Below the pieces are notes generated by a model, which worked only from the letters and a program-made list of their open reading frames with translations, was not told the origin of the DNA and did no database searches. Shown one piece after another: positions 20,365 through 33,279 of a DNA stretch of 64,000 bases (its first letter is position 1; each line of letters starts with the position of its first letter). The position numbers and the translations under genes were made by a program. This DNA is from a virus (Duplodnaviria > Heunggongvirae > Uroviricota > Caudoviricetes): positions 115,550 through 179,549 of IMG/VR virus record IMGVR_UViG_3300020045_006153, one strand, 5' to 3'.

Positions 20365-23300
20365 ATGACGATTTCACGTTATGAAGTTGTGATAAAGATT
20401 GAATTTGATCTAATTGATGATCAAGAACCTACTGCACAGCAACTTGCTGAAAAATATGCCGATATGGCAAAACAGTATCGCAGTATTGGCGCACACGCTG
20501 CCGAAGTGGTTTCTGTTGAAAAAGTAATGTAATGGCAAACGTTTACACACAGGTGGTACAAACTGCAAAGATTGATATCATTATGCGTGAATGGGCAAAG
20601 GGTTACAAGCCCCTTAACGATTCACAAGAAATTATGAGCACTGAATGGTACGTTGATCCTGTTAAAGGCACAGTAGTATTTGTATTGAATATGAAAGAGG
20701 AAGAATAAAATGGCTAAAGAAACAATCGCTGAGCGCAAAGTGCGCGAAGCAAGAGAACATGAAGAATATCTTGCAGAACAAGCATCGACGTATCTGCAAC
20801 GACTAATGTCAACTATGGAACGTGCTTGCAGAGCAAATTTCGATCTAGATATTCGCGATAATGTGTTTGTATTGTATGATCGCGACGATCGAGCATACGA
20901 TAAGTACGAACTTCATGTTGTATTTGACCAAGAGACCGACGAAATGCTCAATCGCTTTGAAAGCGAAGTTTCTTGGAAAGAAAAGCGAATTGCAGAAGAA
21001 AATCGTAAGTATCTTGTTAAACAATCTGCTCTCGCTAAGTTGAGTGATGAAGAACGTGAATTGTTGGGACTATAAATGTTTTATTTTGCACCACGCAAGA
21101 AACCTATTAGTGGTTACACTCATTGGGATATTCATGCATTGGCTAGGGCGTTAGACCCCAACGCATGGGCTCAATTTGATCTGTTGCCAGAAATTGACCC
21201 TGTGACTAAAAATAAAAAGTACTATGGTTCGTTTGAACCCGTGAGTGTATCGTTTAATATGGCAATCAATGGTCTTAAAAATAGAATTCGTGCTACTAAA
21301 GAATGTTTATGGTCCGATGCAGATCTTCACAATCATATAATCGATCTTCAAATAAAGAAGTTGCAAAATGAAAAAGTCTAAATTGATTGAATTACTAAAC
21401 AAAATCGACGGTAATCCAGAAATTAAATTGTGGAATGGTTTTGTCAGCGACTGGGTTGATATCAATCCTACGCTAAGTGAGCAGGACCTTGTGAAACAAA
21501 CACTTGCTCACTATCTTGAAACGTGCCGACTAGAATATTGCCGCGATCGCAACGATTGGGATTATCAAATGCCCGCAGAAGAAGTTGCTCGATTGGAAAA
21601 GATGTATACAAAGGTCTGCAAGTGGGAAATGAATCCGTATGTTACTCAGGAAGATATTGATACCAAGCGTTATAGCGTTAAGATTGTGCAGATTATGCAG
21701 GCAAAGATCAAAGGTGAAAATGCCTGGGATCGAATCGGCGACATGAAGTACTAAGGAAAAACAATGAAACGAGAAGACTACGAAAAACTTTCCACTGATG
21801 ATCAGATCTCATATTGGAAAGGGCAAATGCTATTTGGTATCGGTAAAGGCGATCTTAACACTGAAATTTTCAGGATGATGGATTTCCTTCACCGGTTGGG
21901 ATATGAACGCGGCAGCGCATCTATAGTAGAAAAGAACTTATCATGATTACAGCAAACGACGCACGTAACCTTGCCCAAGAGAGCGAGACTGCGGTATTGA
22001 AGCACTGCGAAATTATTAGCAAGCATATTGAAAAGGCTGCTGCTGAAAATAAGCGAGAGATTTATCTCAGTGGCCTACTTCATAATCCGCTATACGATGT
22101 CAATAAGCCGGCATTTTATGCACCTGAATATACCGCATTTCAGAAAGTTCTTAAACAGAAACTCGAAGAAAACGGATTTACAGTTGCAATTGAATCACAC
22201 GAATATGACTTAAACAAAACCTTTAATAGCATGGCATATCATGATGATCCGCCTAACATGCAAGAGTCTTATTATATTACTGTAAAATGGTAAACGAACA
22301 CATAAAAGAAATTGCTGCACTTGCTGATATGCACTTCGACAAATACGATCTTGCATTTGCTGATAAAGATCATGCAGAAGACGGAGTAGACTTAGAAAAG
22401 TTTTCAAAGTTACTTATTGAAAAATGCATTGAAATTGCACGTAAAGCAGATAACGAAGATAAAGTGTACGCCCATTGGGCAATTGAACAATATTTTAAGG
22501 ATTAATTATGCCAGTGAATCGTGAACGACTATTAGTACCAAAACAAAATTCAACACTACGTCTTGAATATCGAACGCTAGAACAAATCTTAGAAGAGGTG
22601 AAAGAATGTATTGAGCATTATGGTAAAGATGCATATATTTCTAAGCATTCTTATGATTATGAAGAAACTGAATATTACTTCATTATGACAAAAGAACCCG
22701 AAACCGATGAACAGATGCAAAAACGAATTGCGCGAGAAGAGGCCTGGGAACGATCAAGTAATGAACAAGATGCGGCTGATTACAAAAGATTGCAAGAAAA
22801 GTTTGGTAATACTAAAACTTGACAATAGGTAAAACCTGTGTTATAATTAATGTATACAAACAGTAATACAATATGAATAACGATCTACCTAATTTAGAAG
22901 TTTCTTGGCCAAATGCCATTAGTTTTTCAATATACTACGGCGTTCGACTAATCGGCCTTTTCTTATTTGCAGTATCGTTAATTCCTATTGCACTTATTTT
23001 TAGTCCAATATTTCCCGGAGTGTTTACTAAAATTGCTAATAAGTTAGAGTTATATGCAGAAACAGAGTCTAAAAATTTAGATCGTGATTGGAAACGGTTA
23101 GCAAGGAAATTGAAATGAGCAAACAAGTTGTATACAAAGGTATCGGTCTCGCAAAAGGCAGCACTGCGCTGGAACTGTGGGAAGCATGGCAAAAAGAGAC
23201 CAAGGACCGCAATGCTGCACAAAAGAAACTCGATGTGCATATGAAGGATGTAGAAACTCGCCACAAAGAATTACTGGAGCGTTACAAATGAACGAGCGAA

Positions 23301-25612
23301 TTAAAGAACTTGACAAAGCAGCACAAGAATACGCAGGAACTATGGCTGGTAATGATGAAGATTCTAACTATGTGGAATGGTTTAACATCTACAAGAAAAC
23401 GTTCGCCGAACTGATTGTCAAAGAATGTATACAAACAATTCAAAATGAATCCATGAATTCTGGTGATGAATGGGAAGATGGTTTGCGTATAGCACAAGGT
23501 GCGATTCAAGAACATCTCGGAGTTGAAGGATGAACAAACACATGATGGAACTATATGCGCAAGCCCACGTGCCTTGCACAGCCATTGATCCGTCTAACAA
23601 CATGCCGTATGAGACAACCTGCTTTAGCGCAGATAAGTTCGCTGAGTTGATTGTGCTTGATTGCGCTGCCTTGGCTGAAAAATACACAGATGATAGTCGC
23701 ATCTACGATTATATTACATATCAATACGGAGTTGAATAATGGGAATTTCTACAAACTATTACACAGTATACGGCATTAAAGGTGAATTTAATGATGAATT
23801 CTTTGAGGCATATGATAATGTATACAACGACGACGATACTCCGACTGTATTGATCGATAGTATGTCCGGTGAATATGCAGTGCTCGGTACTATATTGTTT
23901 GATTCAGGCGACCAACGGTACGGCGAGGTAGAGGATGTTTTTGTTGAGATCGATATGGATAATCTTCCGGCCATTGAACTCAGTTACAAGAACTTGTTTA
24001 TTACAAAATTTCCACAGTTTGCGTCTTTAATGGACACACCATTTAAACTAATGACATTTGTGCATTATTCTTAAGAATTAAAATGATCAAAATTAAAACA
24101 CAGCAAGTTATCTCAGTGGATAGTTGGGATGAACTAGTTCAAAATACATACGGTCGACTTTACTCTTTTCAACAACAAGACGATTGTCAAGAACGTGGTA
24201 ATGTTGATATTACTGTTCCTGTCCTTGGATACACTGATGCGTTTAATAACAATACTGTTCTAGAAGAAGTCAACGGAGAAGAAATGGGAGTTAGTTTTGT
24301 TAACTGGCTGGACCGAGATCCAGCGCTATTAATTCCGAATCAAAAATACGATTGGGAATTAAGTATGTTCTGGGAACGAAATTTTTACCCCGATTTGCAG
24401 ATGGTTGCAAATGATCTGCACGCCAAAGGACTTATTCCTGCAGGCGAATACGTAATTAACATTGATTGGTAAGCATGCCAGATTATCTGTATGTAGAAAG
24501 CCACACTTACGGTAAAGAACGCCGTAATTTTATCAAAGATTGGTTTAACACTCATCCTGACGGCCGGTATTGTGTTAATGCAACGCATCGGCCTCAAGTT
24601 AAAAACGACTCAGACTTGCAGAAACTAATCCGCGTAGGGTTTCTGAAGGCAATTCGCATTCACGAATCAGCAAGTCACGCAAAAACATTTTTAGTGAAAG
24701 CATAGCATGACCGAAGCAGAAGAACATCCGTTGTTTAAAAAGTATCCAAAGATTTTTAAGAAACTGCGATACTTAGAAACTAGCGAGGGATGGAATAGCA
24801 TCCTCGACATGGCATGTAGTTCCATTCAATGGCATATTGATTCCACACGCAAGCAACGTGCGACGGCTATTAAGTATAACCGTGTGTTGCGGAGGGCGTT
24901 GAACGGAGATCTTAGAGGACTAGAGCATTGGTATACATACAAAGGTAATTTAAGCGAATGGGGCGCTAAGAAAGTACTATCTGATATTAATGAAGCACAG
25001 TTTAGAGTCGTTCCTGAATATTGTAAGCAAGTATATGCAGTACAAATTAAAGAAAAATTCGGAACTCTTCGTTTCTATTATGACGGCGGGGACGAATATG
25101 TATCAGGTGTTGTGACAATGGCAGAGGGTATGAGTTCGTGCACTTGTGAGAGTTGTGCAAAGCCTGGCCTGCGACGTAGTGGAGGTTGGGTTCGTACATT
25201 ATGCGATGATTGCAACATTGATGTCGAAAAGAGTAGACATACTGATTGACTTTTACCTGTTCTTGTGTTATAATAATATATGACAAATGGAACAGTATTT
25301 TTTATTAACAATAGCCCGCACGGCTGGTGGATTGCTGATGCACGAGTAGTGCCTACTGGTATTCGTGGATATGTGCGAGACGGATGCTGGTGGATGGACT
25401 ACAATATCGAAAAGAAAGTTGTAAATGTTTGCCCAGCGCAATTTAAAATTCGCACAGTTGAAGAAGAAACCCCCGACTGGGGATCTTCGGTTTCGTGGAA
25501 TGAACCGATGAATGTGATGAAGGTAAAAGTACTTCATCAGATTCCAGTTACAATAAACAGTGACGATTATAATACAGTAATGCAATGGGCAAAGGAACAA
25601 CATGTGGATTGA
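20365..25612 (+). other. Tightly packed cluster of ~18 short hypothetical early genes
   Basis: Abutting/overlapping + strand ORFs (20365,20532,20710,21076,21368,21764,21943,22287,22508,22873,23115,23288,23530,23739,24083,24475,24707,25280); 24707 has C-terminal CxxC..CxxC. Confidence 0.7.
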
Positions 25613-26078
25613 AAATTGTGCAGCGGTAGATATCCCTCAACGGTTCCATCACGATGCAGGACCTAACAGTATGCTTATCCAAATTATGGATACTGCTACT
25701 TCGTGGTGGCCTGAACCTAAGCACGAGTTTAAAGAAATTCATAAGTTTGAATTCCTTGATATCGAAAAGGATGATCATGTATTTGACGAAGAATGCCGCG
25801 TAAGTGACACCCAAGCGGCTGAACTTGTTCGCTTGCTGCAACATGCACTAGATAATAAAATGAACGTTGTAGTGCATTGCTATGCCGGCATTTGCCGTTC
25901 TGGCGCAGTGTGTGAACTAGGTGTAATGATGGGATTTGATGATCTTAAAAAATATCGCCAACCTAATTTGCTTGTAAAACATAAAATGATGAAAGCATTG
26001 GGCTGGACATATGATGAAGAAGAACAATCTAAACCTATCAACATTCAAATGATTGATGAATGGGAAGGCGACGTCTAG
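25602..26078 (+). CDS. Protein-tyrosine/dual-specificity phosphatase-like
   Basis: VVVHCYAGICRSGA (CX5R) motif. Confidence 0.8.
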   Translation: MWIENCAAVDIPQRFHHDAGPNSMLIQIMDTATSWWPEPKHEFKEIHKFEFLDIEKDDHVFDEECRVSDTQAAELVRLLQHALDNKMNVVVHCYAGICRSGAVCELGVMMGFDDLKKYRQPNLLVKHKMMKALGWTYDEEEQSKPINIQMIDEWEGDV

Positions 26079-26087
26079 AAAGAATAT

Positions 26088-26384
26088 ATGGAAAAAGTAA
26101 ACGGATTTATCGTATTTTGGATGGAACAGGATCCGTGGGACGACGCCGGTGATAATCGGATGTCGTCCAGATCTATGTTTTATAAAACTTCGGAGATGGC
26201 GTTGGCACTAACATTTATGGAATCACTGCGTAAATTGCCAACTCATCAGTTTGTAACAATGGCTTCTCAAAATTCCAACTCAGTTGGTAAGGCAGGAGTT
26301 GATACTGTTGCAAATGGCAAGACTCCTGACGGAGTTGAGTATGATTGGAACAAGAATTCACGCATTGGCGCAACTCGCCGATAA
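26088..26384 (+). CDS. Hypothetical protein
   Basis: ORF track. Confidence 0.55.
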   Translation: MEKVNGFIVFWMEQDPWDDAGDNRMSSRSMFYKTSEMALALTFMESLRKLPTHQFVTMASQNSNSVGKAGVDTVANGKTPDGVEYDWNKNSRIGATRR

Positions 26385-26585
26385 GGACTGACATGACTAA
26401 GCAAGAAGAACAAATTCGAACTCGAATTGCAAATAAAGGCATTTGGGCTGAAGATATTAAACATAAAGGTCGACTAACAGATGACGAAATTGCAACATTG
26501 CCGATTGAGAATGTTTATGCATGGGTCCGGCAAGGAGCATGGAAACCGAAACACTTTAACCAATGGTTAAAAATTATGAGAGTAA

Positions 26586-27647
26586 TTGAATAAAATGACT
26601 GAAAGAAAATTAGCAACAATTCGTAAAATTGATAATATCGAACCTATCCCAGGTGCTGATAAAATTGTTAAAGCAACTGTAGGCGGGTGGCAATTAGTAA
26701 CTGCGGTTGACAACTGTTTTAAGATTGGAGATCTTGTTGTATATTGCGAAATTGATTCGTGGATGCCAACTGAGATTGCTGCATTTTTATCTAAGGGCAA
26801 TGAACCACGCGAATACAATGGAGTAAAAGGTGAGCGGCTGCGCACTATGAAAATGCGCGGTCAAATCTCTCAAGGTCTTATTTTGCCATTGTCTATTGCT
26901 ATTGAGAAATTTGAAAACAGCAAGTACGACGAAGGACAAGAATTTTCTGAATTCTTCTTTCCAGGCAACGATGTTACAGACTTGCTCGGTATTCAAAAGT
27001 TTGAACCAGAAATTCCAGCATGCCTAGCAGGCGAAGTAGTTGGATATTTTCCGATCTTTATGCCAAAATCTGATCAGGAACGTATTCAAAATCTTACTAT
27101 CGATTTCGAACAATGGAAGACGCAAGGACTAACTTGGGAAGAAACTGAAAAGTTAGAAGGTGCTTCTATGACTGTGTTTCGCCGTGATGACGAATTCGGA
27201 GTGTGTACACGGAATTTGCAACTTAAACCAAATCCTGATAATTCGTTGTGGAAAATTGCAATACGAGAAAATCTCGAAGATGTTTTGCGCGATGCTGGCA
27301 ATTTTGCATTGCAAGGCGAAATTGTGGGCGCAGGAATCGAAGGTAATATTTACAAATTCAAGGATCAGAAATTTTACATTTACAACATTTACGATATTAA
27401 CAACAGTTGTTGGTTAACTCCTATGGAACGCAATCAGTTCATTACTAAGTACAAGTTACCGCATGTACCTGTGATCGAATCCGCAAAAGTATTGGATACA
27501 CATACTGTAGAAGATTTACTAAAGAATGCCGATGCTAAGGCTGTATTAAATGCTGAACAATGGCGAGAAGGTGTTGTATACAAATGTAATGAACTTCCTA
27601 TCTCATTTAAGGTGATTTCAAACGTATATTTGTTAGGTCAAGCATAA
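26586..27647 (+). CDS. RNA ligase, DRB0094/Rnl2-type with N-terminal OB-like domain
   Basis: IEPIPGADKI, TEKLEGAS, VCTRN, LQGEIVG, EGVVYK, SFKVISN motifs. Confidence 0.88.
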   Translation: MNKMTERKLATIRKIDNIEPIPGADKIVKATVGGWQLVTAVDNCFKIGDLVVYCEIDSWMPTEIAAFLSKGNEPREYNGVKGERLRTMKMRGQISQGLILPLSIAIEKFENSKYDEGQEFSEFFFPGNDVTDLLGIQKFEPEIPACLAGEVVGYFPIFMPKSDQERIQNLTIDFEQWKTQGLTWEETEKLEGASMTVFRRDDEFGVCTRNLQLKPNPDNSLWKIAIRENLEDVLRDAGNFALQGEIVGAGIEGNIYKFKDQKFYIYNIYDINNSCWLTPMERNQFITKYKLPHVPVIESAKVLDTHTVEDLLKNADAKAVLNAEQWREGVVYKCNELPISFKVISNVYLLGQA

Positions 27648-28165
27648 TGGCATATGTAAGCAAGATTGAAGATTTTGAGGAGTTTTCTTCAAATTTTATC
27701 ATTATCTATAATGAGAGTTTTTCATACCAAGGTTCGTGGTACGGCCCACCGGATCCGCCTGCTGGTACGGAAACTAAGAATTTCATCCAAACGGAATGCT
27801 TCTCTACTAAAGAAGAAGTAGTAGAGTGGATTAAAAAGAATGCAGAAACTAAATACGGCCGGCCAAAGGCTTTCAAAGTTTTTATGATCGACGAAATGAA
27901 GATTAAAACAGAGATCTCAATCTCAGTAGGATAATATGGAAGAAGAATACGAAGAAGCAGATAAGGCCGAGCGTTATGAATTCTACGCATGGCTATTATT
28001 TGTTGCAGTGATTGTACTTGCTGGTATGGGAGTAGATAGTTATAGAGAATACGGGCGTAGTCAATGTATTTCTGCATACTCTCAAAGCCTGCGTCCAGCA
28101 GCAGAAATACAGAAAATCTGTAACAAATAAGTTGACAAAATGTAAATCTATGTTATAATAGTTGC

Positions 28166-28711
28166 ATGAGAACATATATAACCAGTGATTTACATTTTGG
28201 GCATAATAACATTATGAAGTTTTGCCCCGTAACCCGTGCGCGTTTTCGCAATGACGTGGATTACATGAACGAAGCCATGATTAAGGAATGGAACGACATT
28301 GTCCAGCCAGACGATCTAATCTACATCCTAGGAGACGTTGCTTTTTCGTCTAGCCAAAAAGCAACCGATATTATGCGTCGGTTGAACGGCACAAAAATCC
28401 TAGTCGAAGGCAATCACGACCGCAAGGTATTGACTGATAAGCAATTTTACAACTGCTTTGCAGAAGTCCACAAGTACCTAGACATTCAATATAACGGAAC
28501 TAAATGCGTTATGTTTCATTATCCTATATCTGAGTGGGATCAAATGCACCGTGGCTCCGTACACTTTTACGGCCACTTGCACGGCAATGAATCGGGCCTG
28601 GAAAAGTATCGTTGCAAAGATATGGGAATGGATGCAACTGGTATGATAGTTATGCTGATCGACGATGCAATTCGTGAGGCAATGAAGGGCGAAATTAAAT
28701 CGCATCACTAA
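28166..28711 (+). CDS. Calcineurin-like metallophosphoesterase
   Basis: SDLHFGH, ILGDVA, GNHD, HYP, GHLH motifs. Confidence 0.88.
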   Translation: MRTYITSDLHFGHNNIMKFCPVTRARFRNDVDYMNEAMIKEWNDIVQPDDLIYILGDVAFSSSQKATDIMRRLNGTKILVEGNHDRKVLTDKQFYNCFAEVHKYLDIQYNGTKCVMFHYPISEWDQMHRGSVHFYGHLHGNESGLEKYRCKDMGMDATGMIVMLIDDAIREAMKGEIKSHH

Positions 28712-29736
28712 ACTTGAAATTATCACTTGACACACTGGTAAAACCATGTTATAATTAACACTTACTAGAAAGGAGTTAACGTGATAATTGCAAAGTATTG
28801 TAACAAAATAGTTCAAATCGTTAAGACGCAAGAGTCCGTTGGCTTCTCCGAAGACAAAGGGTGGATTTTTCTGTGCTTTGACTTTGATAAGATTAACCGC
28901 AGGCGTGAACAATTTAAGTGGGTGAGAATATCTCACACACGATTTGATTGGGTACGCGAATTCATCGGAGACTAACATGGAATATCAGTGTTTCTATCTT
29001 AACACTAAGAGTAAACTAGCGCACGATGATAACGCTGTGATTCTTTTTGAATCCGATCATCTACATGAATGCGCTGGGTTCATTTACCATAAGTTTCAAG
29101 AAGAAGGCCTTGATATTGCTGTTTATCAGCCACGGTCAAAGGGGTACCGTGAATATTATCGCAAACCGGCACGTGACAGTCTTGGCCGTTTTACTAAAAG
29201 ATAGGAAATAATTATGCGTGGAAAATATAGCCCAACAGTTAGTGCAGCATACCGAAAAGACCAAGAATGGTGGCGCCGTTACAGCCGCGAGGCTGAAGAA
29301 TGGACACAGTACGATCCCGAAGGATTTGACTCCTACGGATACGATGAGCACGATTACGATCGTGCAGGGAACCAGGAATCAACTTATTACAGCAACGATG
29401 CTCCTTGGGATAGTGATGATGATTACAACTATGCATACGATGCAGCCCTAGACGATTGGGGTTTTGACGGTACTAAACCTGTACAGAGAAAATAATGGTC
29501 TTACCAGTAATTAACGCAATTGTTCAGATTTATAATCCGTTATTTGATCACACTGATCCTTCATCGCATTTTCAAATATATGCAGCGCGGCAAGTTGAAG
29601 TAGTACAACTAAATCTAAACTCCGGTGGGATGCGTGTTCGGTTTAATGATTCTTATCTAGGCAAGGTTAAAGTTGTCACGCAAGATATAGATATTAATGT
29701 GTTTTTTGAACAGTATCAAATTGTAAAGAAATAAAA

Positions 29737-30647
29737 ATGAACCAATTAGACTTAAAGAAGTTTGTAGAAGATAATTCTAAACTAGTTACTATGCGTGAAG
29801 CAGGTGACGGAATTTTTGTATTGAAGTACAAGAAGACTGTGTTCTTCGACAACCTGTGGAACGAGTACTTAGAGGAATGTCGCGGTACAATTGTGGACGC
29901 TGACTTCAATGTTGTGTCCCGTCCTTTTACTAAAATCTATAACTATGGTGTTGAAAAGAAGGCGCCTGTTTTATCCGACGACACTCTTGTTACTGCTTAC
30001 CGCAAGGTAAACGGCTTCATGGTAGCAATGACCTGGTACAACGGTGACATCTTATTGTCTACTACTGGTTCCACTGAGAACGAGCACACCGCCATGGCGC
30101 GTGAGTTGATGTTGAAGCACCAGTGTTGGGAAGATTGGCGATTTGAACTGCGGAATGCCGAAGGCGCGACGCTGATGTTTGAGTGCTGCCACAAAAACGA
30201 CCCGCACATTGTTGTAGAAAACGAAGGGCTGTATTTTTTAGGTCTGCGGGAAACACATGGGATTCTAAGGTAAAGATGTTTGGCAAAGATAATGCAGATT
30301 GGGCACGTGACTATGCACTGTCGCATTTGAAGTGCGGATATGCCGAGGCTTTCCATGTAACTATGGGCAAGTTGAAAGACATGTCTGCTAAAGTGCAGCA
30401 TGAGGGATTTGTGTTTTATACCGAAGACGGGCGTTCTGCAAAGATTAAGTCTCCGTATTACTTGACTTCTAAATGGGTAGCACGTAATCCTCGCACTGAG
30501 AAGTTGACTAATCCCGACTTTAAGAAGCAAATTGACGAAGAATACTACCCACTTGTAAATGCAATTAACGCTAATATTGTTGAGTACACTGCAATGGATG
30601 AGCAAGGTCGGCTTGCATGGGTTCGTGACTTTTTGGAAGTAGTATGA
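29737..30647 (+). pseudogene. T4 Rnl1-like RNA ligase split by a 1-nt frameshift near 30250
   Basis: ECRG, SRPFTKIYNYG, RKVNGFM, FECC in 29737-30273; EGFV, KIKSPYY in -1 frame to 30647. Confidence 0.75.
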
Positions 30648-31254
30648 GAGAGTTCTTGTTAGGAGTAGTTTTAGGACTATTAATATCCGGAGCCATGCGT
30701 GGCCTTCCAAACAGCACCGATGCTCTCTATCGCAAAGCGATAGAGCAATGTGAGAGATCAATACCACGTGATAAACATTGCGTAATAACAGGAATTGAAG
30801 CAAAATGAAAGACTGCCCAGATTGCTGGCATGAAGTTGTTGATATAAATGCAACTGAATGCGAAGTATGCAGTTGTAAGTTTGTAGAACTAATTGCTAAT
30901 GATGTAGATTGGGAAGAAATAGAATGAAAGATTTCTTAGGACGTGCACTTGAGTTAGGAGATAGTGTTGTTATTATCGCTCCTAACTACAGACATTTTGT
31001 TCTTGCGCGTGTGATTAAGTTTACACCTCAAAGCGTGAGAGTAGCATACAACAATGATTGGAACGGTTACGGATACAAAGAATTGTTGCAGTCCCCTAGT
31101 CAACTTGTAAAAGTAGACGGGCCCGACCTTACGATGTATTTGCTGAAACTAAAAACATAGTTTGGTAATATAGATATTGACAGCAGGTAAAACCTGTGTT
31201 ATAATTAATGCACACAGACAGTGTTTAACTTAACTTAACTAGTAGATAGGAATT

Positions 31255-32034
31255 ATGATGGAAGATGAAGTTCAAAAGCAAAAGTTTATTACGATTGCTA
31301 AATGGGGCATTACAATTTTAGCAGTAGCAGTTCTTGCGCCAATAGCATGGCTGGCTGTGGGCACAATGGTTGGCATTGCACTTGCAGCAGGCATCGGCCT
31401 CATCGGCATTAATGCTGCGCCGGTGCTTGCACTTAAGGCAGCAAATATGCGATATCGCGCAATTGATGCAGAACGTGTTGAACATATTGAAAAAGTGTCA
31501 ACGGCGGCGGCGGTTAATCCGATCGAAACGCTAATCCAGCAAAGCATGGAAAAGCGCCAAGCAAGTGATGCGTTCAAACAAGCAATTACGATCTTCCGAA
31601 CTGAAGTTAAGAACTTTGCGGATCAGATTGCAGGATTTGCTAAAGAGTATCCGGATGATGTTGCACGGTTTCAAACGCAGCAAGATGCAATGAACAAACT
31701 GTTGAAGTTTCGAGAAGATCGGTACAAGCAACTTCAGGTTGAATTGGATAATTTTGATGCAGCAATCAAACGTGCACAAGCCATGTGGAAGATGTCTCAG
31801 GCTGCACAGAAAATGAATAAACTTGCTGGCATGGAACTCGGTGATCCGTTTGAGAAGATCAAGGCTGATTCCGCAATCAACAGCGTAATGACCAGCATGA
31901 ACAAGGCGTTTGCTGAAATGGAAACTGCACTTATGGACAATAAGGAAGTGCAACAAGCACAGCGGATTGAAAACAATGCAAGCCCTGTGCTAACAATTGA
32001 TACAACTGTTGTAACTCAGAAAGTGAATGTTTAA
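31255..32034 (+). CDS. Membrane-anchored coiled-coil protein (PspA/IM30-like)
   Basis: Two N-terminal TM helices then long coiled coil. Confidence 0.55.
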   Translation: MMEDEVQKQKFITIAKWGITILAVAVLAPIAWLAVGTMVGIALAAGIGLIGINAAPVLALKAANMRYRAIDAERVEHIEKVSTAAAVNPIETLIQQSMEKRQASDAFKQAITIFRTEVKNFADQIAGFAKEYPDDVARFQTQQDAMNKLLKFREDRYKQLQVELDNFDAAIKRAQAMWKMSQAAQKMNKLAGMELGDPFEKIKADSAINSVMTSMNKAFAEMETALMDNKEVQQAQRIENNASPVLTIDTTVVTQKVNV

Positions 32035-33100
32035 TATGTCTAAAACTGTAATGTCGGTAGTGTTCGTGGTCATCCTATTGATCGCAGGTGTGTTTACTAA
32101 TGTGGATTTCCGCAATAAGGTAAACAGTGTTGTTCCTGCTAAAGTAGCAGAAACTGTTACTCAAGTAGCACCTGTTACTCCTGCAAGTGGTCGACTGGCT
32201 GCTATTCAGGAAACTGGTGTAGTGCGAGCAAGTGTACAGAATCCTAGCAAGCCATTTTACTTTGGTGAAGGTACTCGAGCAAAAGGCTTCAACGTGGACT
32301 TTATGAACATCCTGTTCTCTCAAAGCGAATTTAAGGGTAAGATTAAAGTTGAGGCAGTGCCTGTAGAAACATATGCGGATGTGCCGAAGCAATTGCTTGA
32401 CAGCAAGAAAATCGATATTGCTATTGACGGTCTAACGTTTAATGACGAAGATTTGAATGGCGTAGTTTATACGATCCCATACGTAAAAGATTTTGGATAC
32501 AGTTTGATTACTGCTAAAGGTAACAACATTGCAAGCGTTTCCGATGTAACTACTGTTGGTGTGTTGCAAGGTGATCCAGATGCTAAGGCATTTGCTGAAC
32601 AAACATTCCCTGGTGCAAAGATTGTTGAATTGAGCGACAAGGCTGATGCTAATGGTAAGTGGATTGTTGGACATATTAAGTCAAACAAGGTTGATGCAGT
32701 AATGTATGACTATCCTTTTGCTGTGGCAGAAGTTGAAGGAACTGATCTACAGTTTGCAATGACTAAGATTAAGGGCAGCGATATTCAATATCGAATCGGT
32801 GTACATAAGGAAGACAAGGACCTGTTGGTAGCATTGAATGGTGCTATCCGCAAGGCAGTTGATACTCCTGAGTACACTGACATGCTGAAACAGTACTTTA
32901 TGAGCAATAGCGTAGCCGCAGTACGTCGGGCAAGTTCCGGTGAAGTTAGTTATGTAGTAGTTAAGGGCGATACATTGAGTACTATTGCACAGTCGCAACT
33001 TGGTGACAAGATGAAGTACAGTGATATTCAAACACGCAACAACTTGGCTAATCCTAACTTTATTGCAGTTGGTCAGAAGTTGATTATTCCTGGAAAGTAA
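32027..33100 (+). CDS. Amino-acid-type solute-binding protein fused to C-terminal LysM
   Basis: N-term TM; GFNVD, DIAIDG, VGVLQG, DAVMYD; YVVVKGDTLSTIA..IAVGQKLIIP LysM. Confidence 0.85.
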   Translation: MFNMSKTVMSVVFVVILLIAGVFTNVDFRNKVNSVVPAKVAETVTQVAPVTPASGRLAAIQETGVVRASVQNPSKPFYFGEGTRAKGFNVDFMNILFSQSEFKGKIKVEAVPVETYADVPKQLLDSKKIDIAIDGLTFNDEDLNGVVYTIPYVKDFGYSLITAKGNNIASVSDVTTVGVLQGDPDAKAFAEQTFPGAKIVELSDKADANGKWIVGHIKSNKVDAVMYDYPFAVAEVEGTDLQFAMTKIKGSDIQYRIGVHKEDKDLLVALNGAIRKAVDTPEYTDMLKQYFMSNSVAAVRRASSGEVSYVVVKGDTLSTIAQSQLGDKMKYSDIQTRNNLANPNFIAVGQKLIIPGK

Positions 33101-33279
33101 TTAATTGACAGGATAACAAAACTGTGTTACAATTCATATGTAACACAGTTTTTAACGAAGGAATAATATGTTTGGTAATTCAGTTATTGCACTTGGTATT
33201 GTACTTGCATTAATTATACCTCTATATCTTGGTGTATTTATTTGGATTGCTACAATGATCGAAGTTGGGATAGAATAAA

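Noticed and set aside
30248-30254. Programmed -1 frameshift at GGGAAAC in the Rnl1-like gene
   Set aside because: Heptamer is not in X XXY YYZ phase relative to the upstream frame; a single-base deletion is simpler
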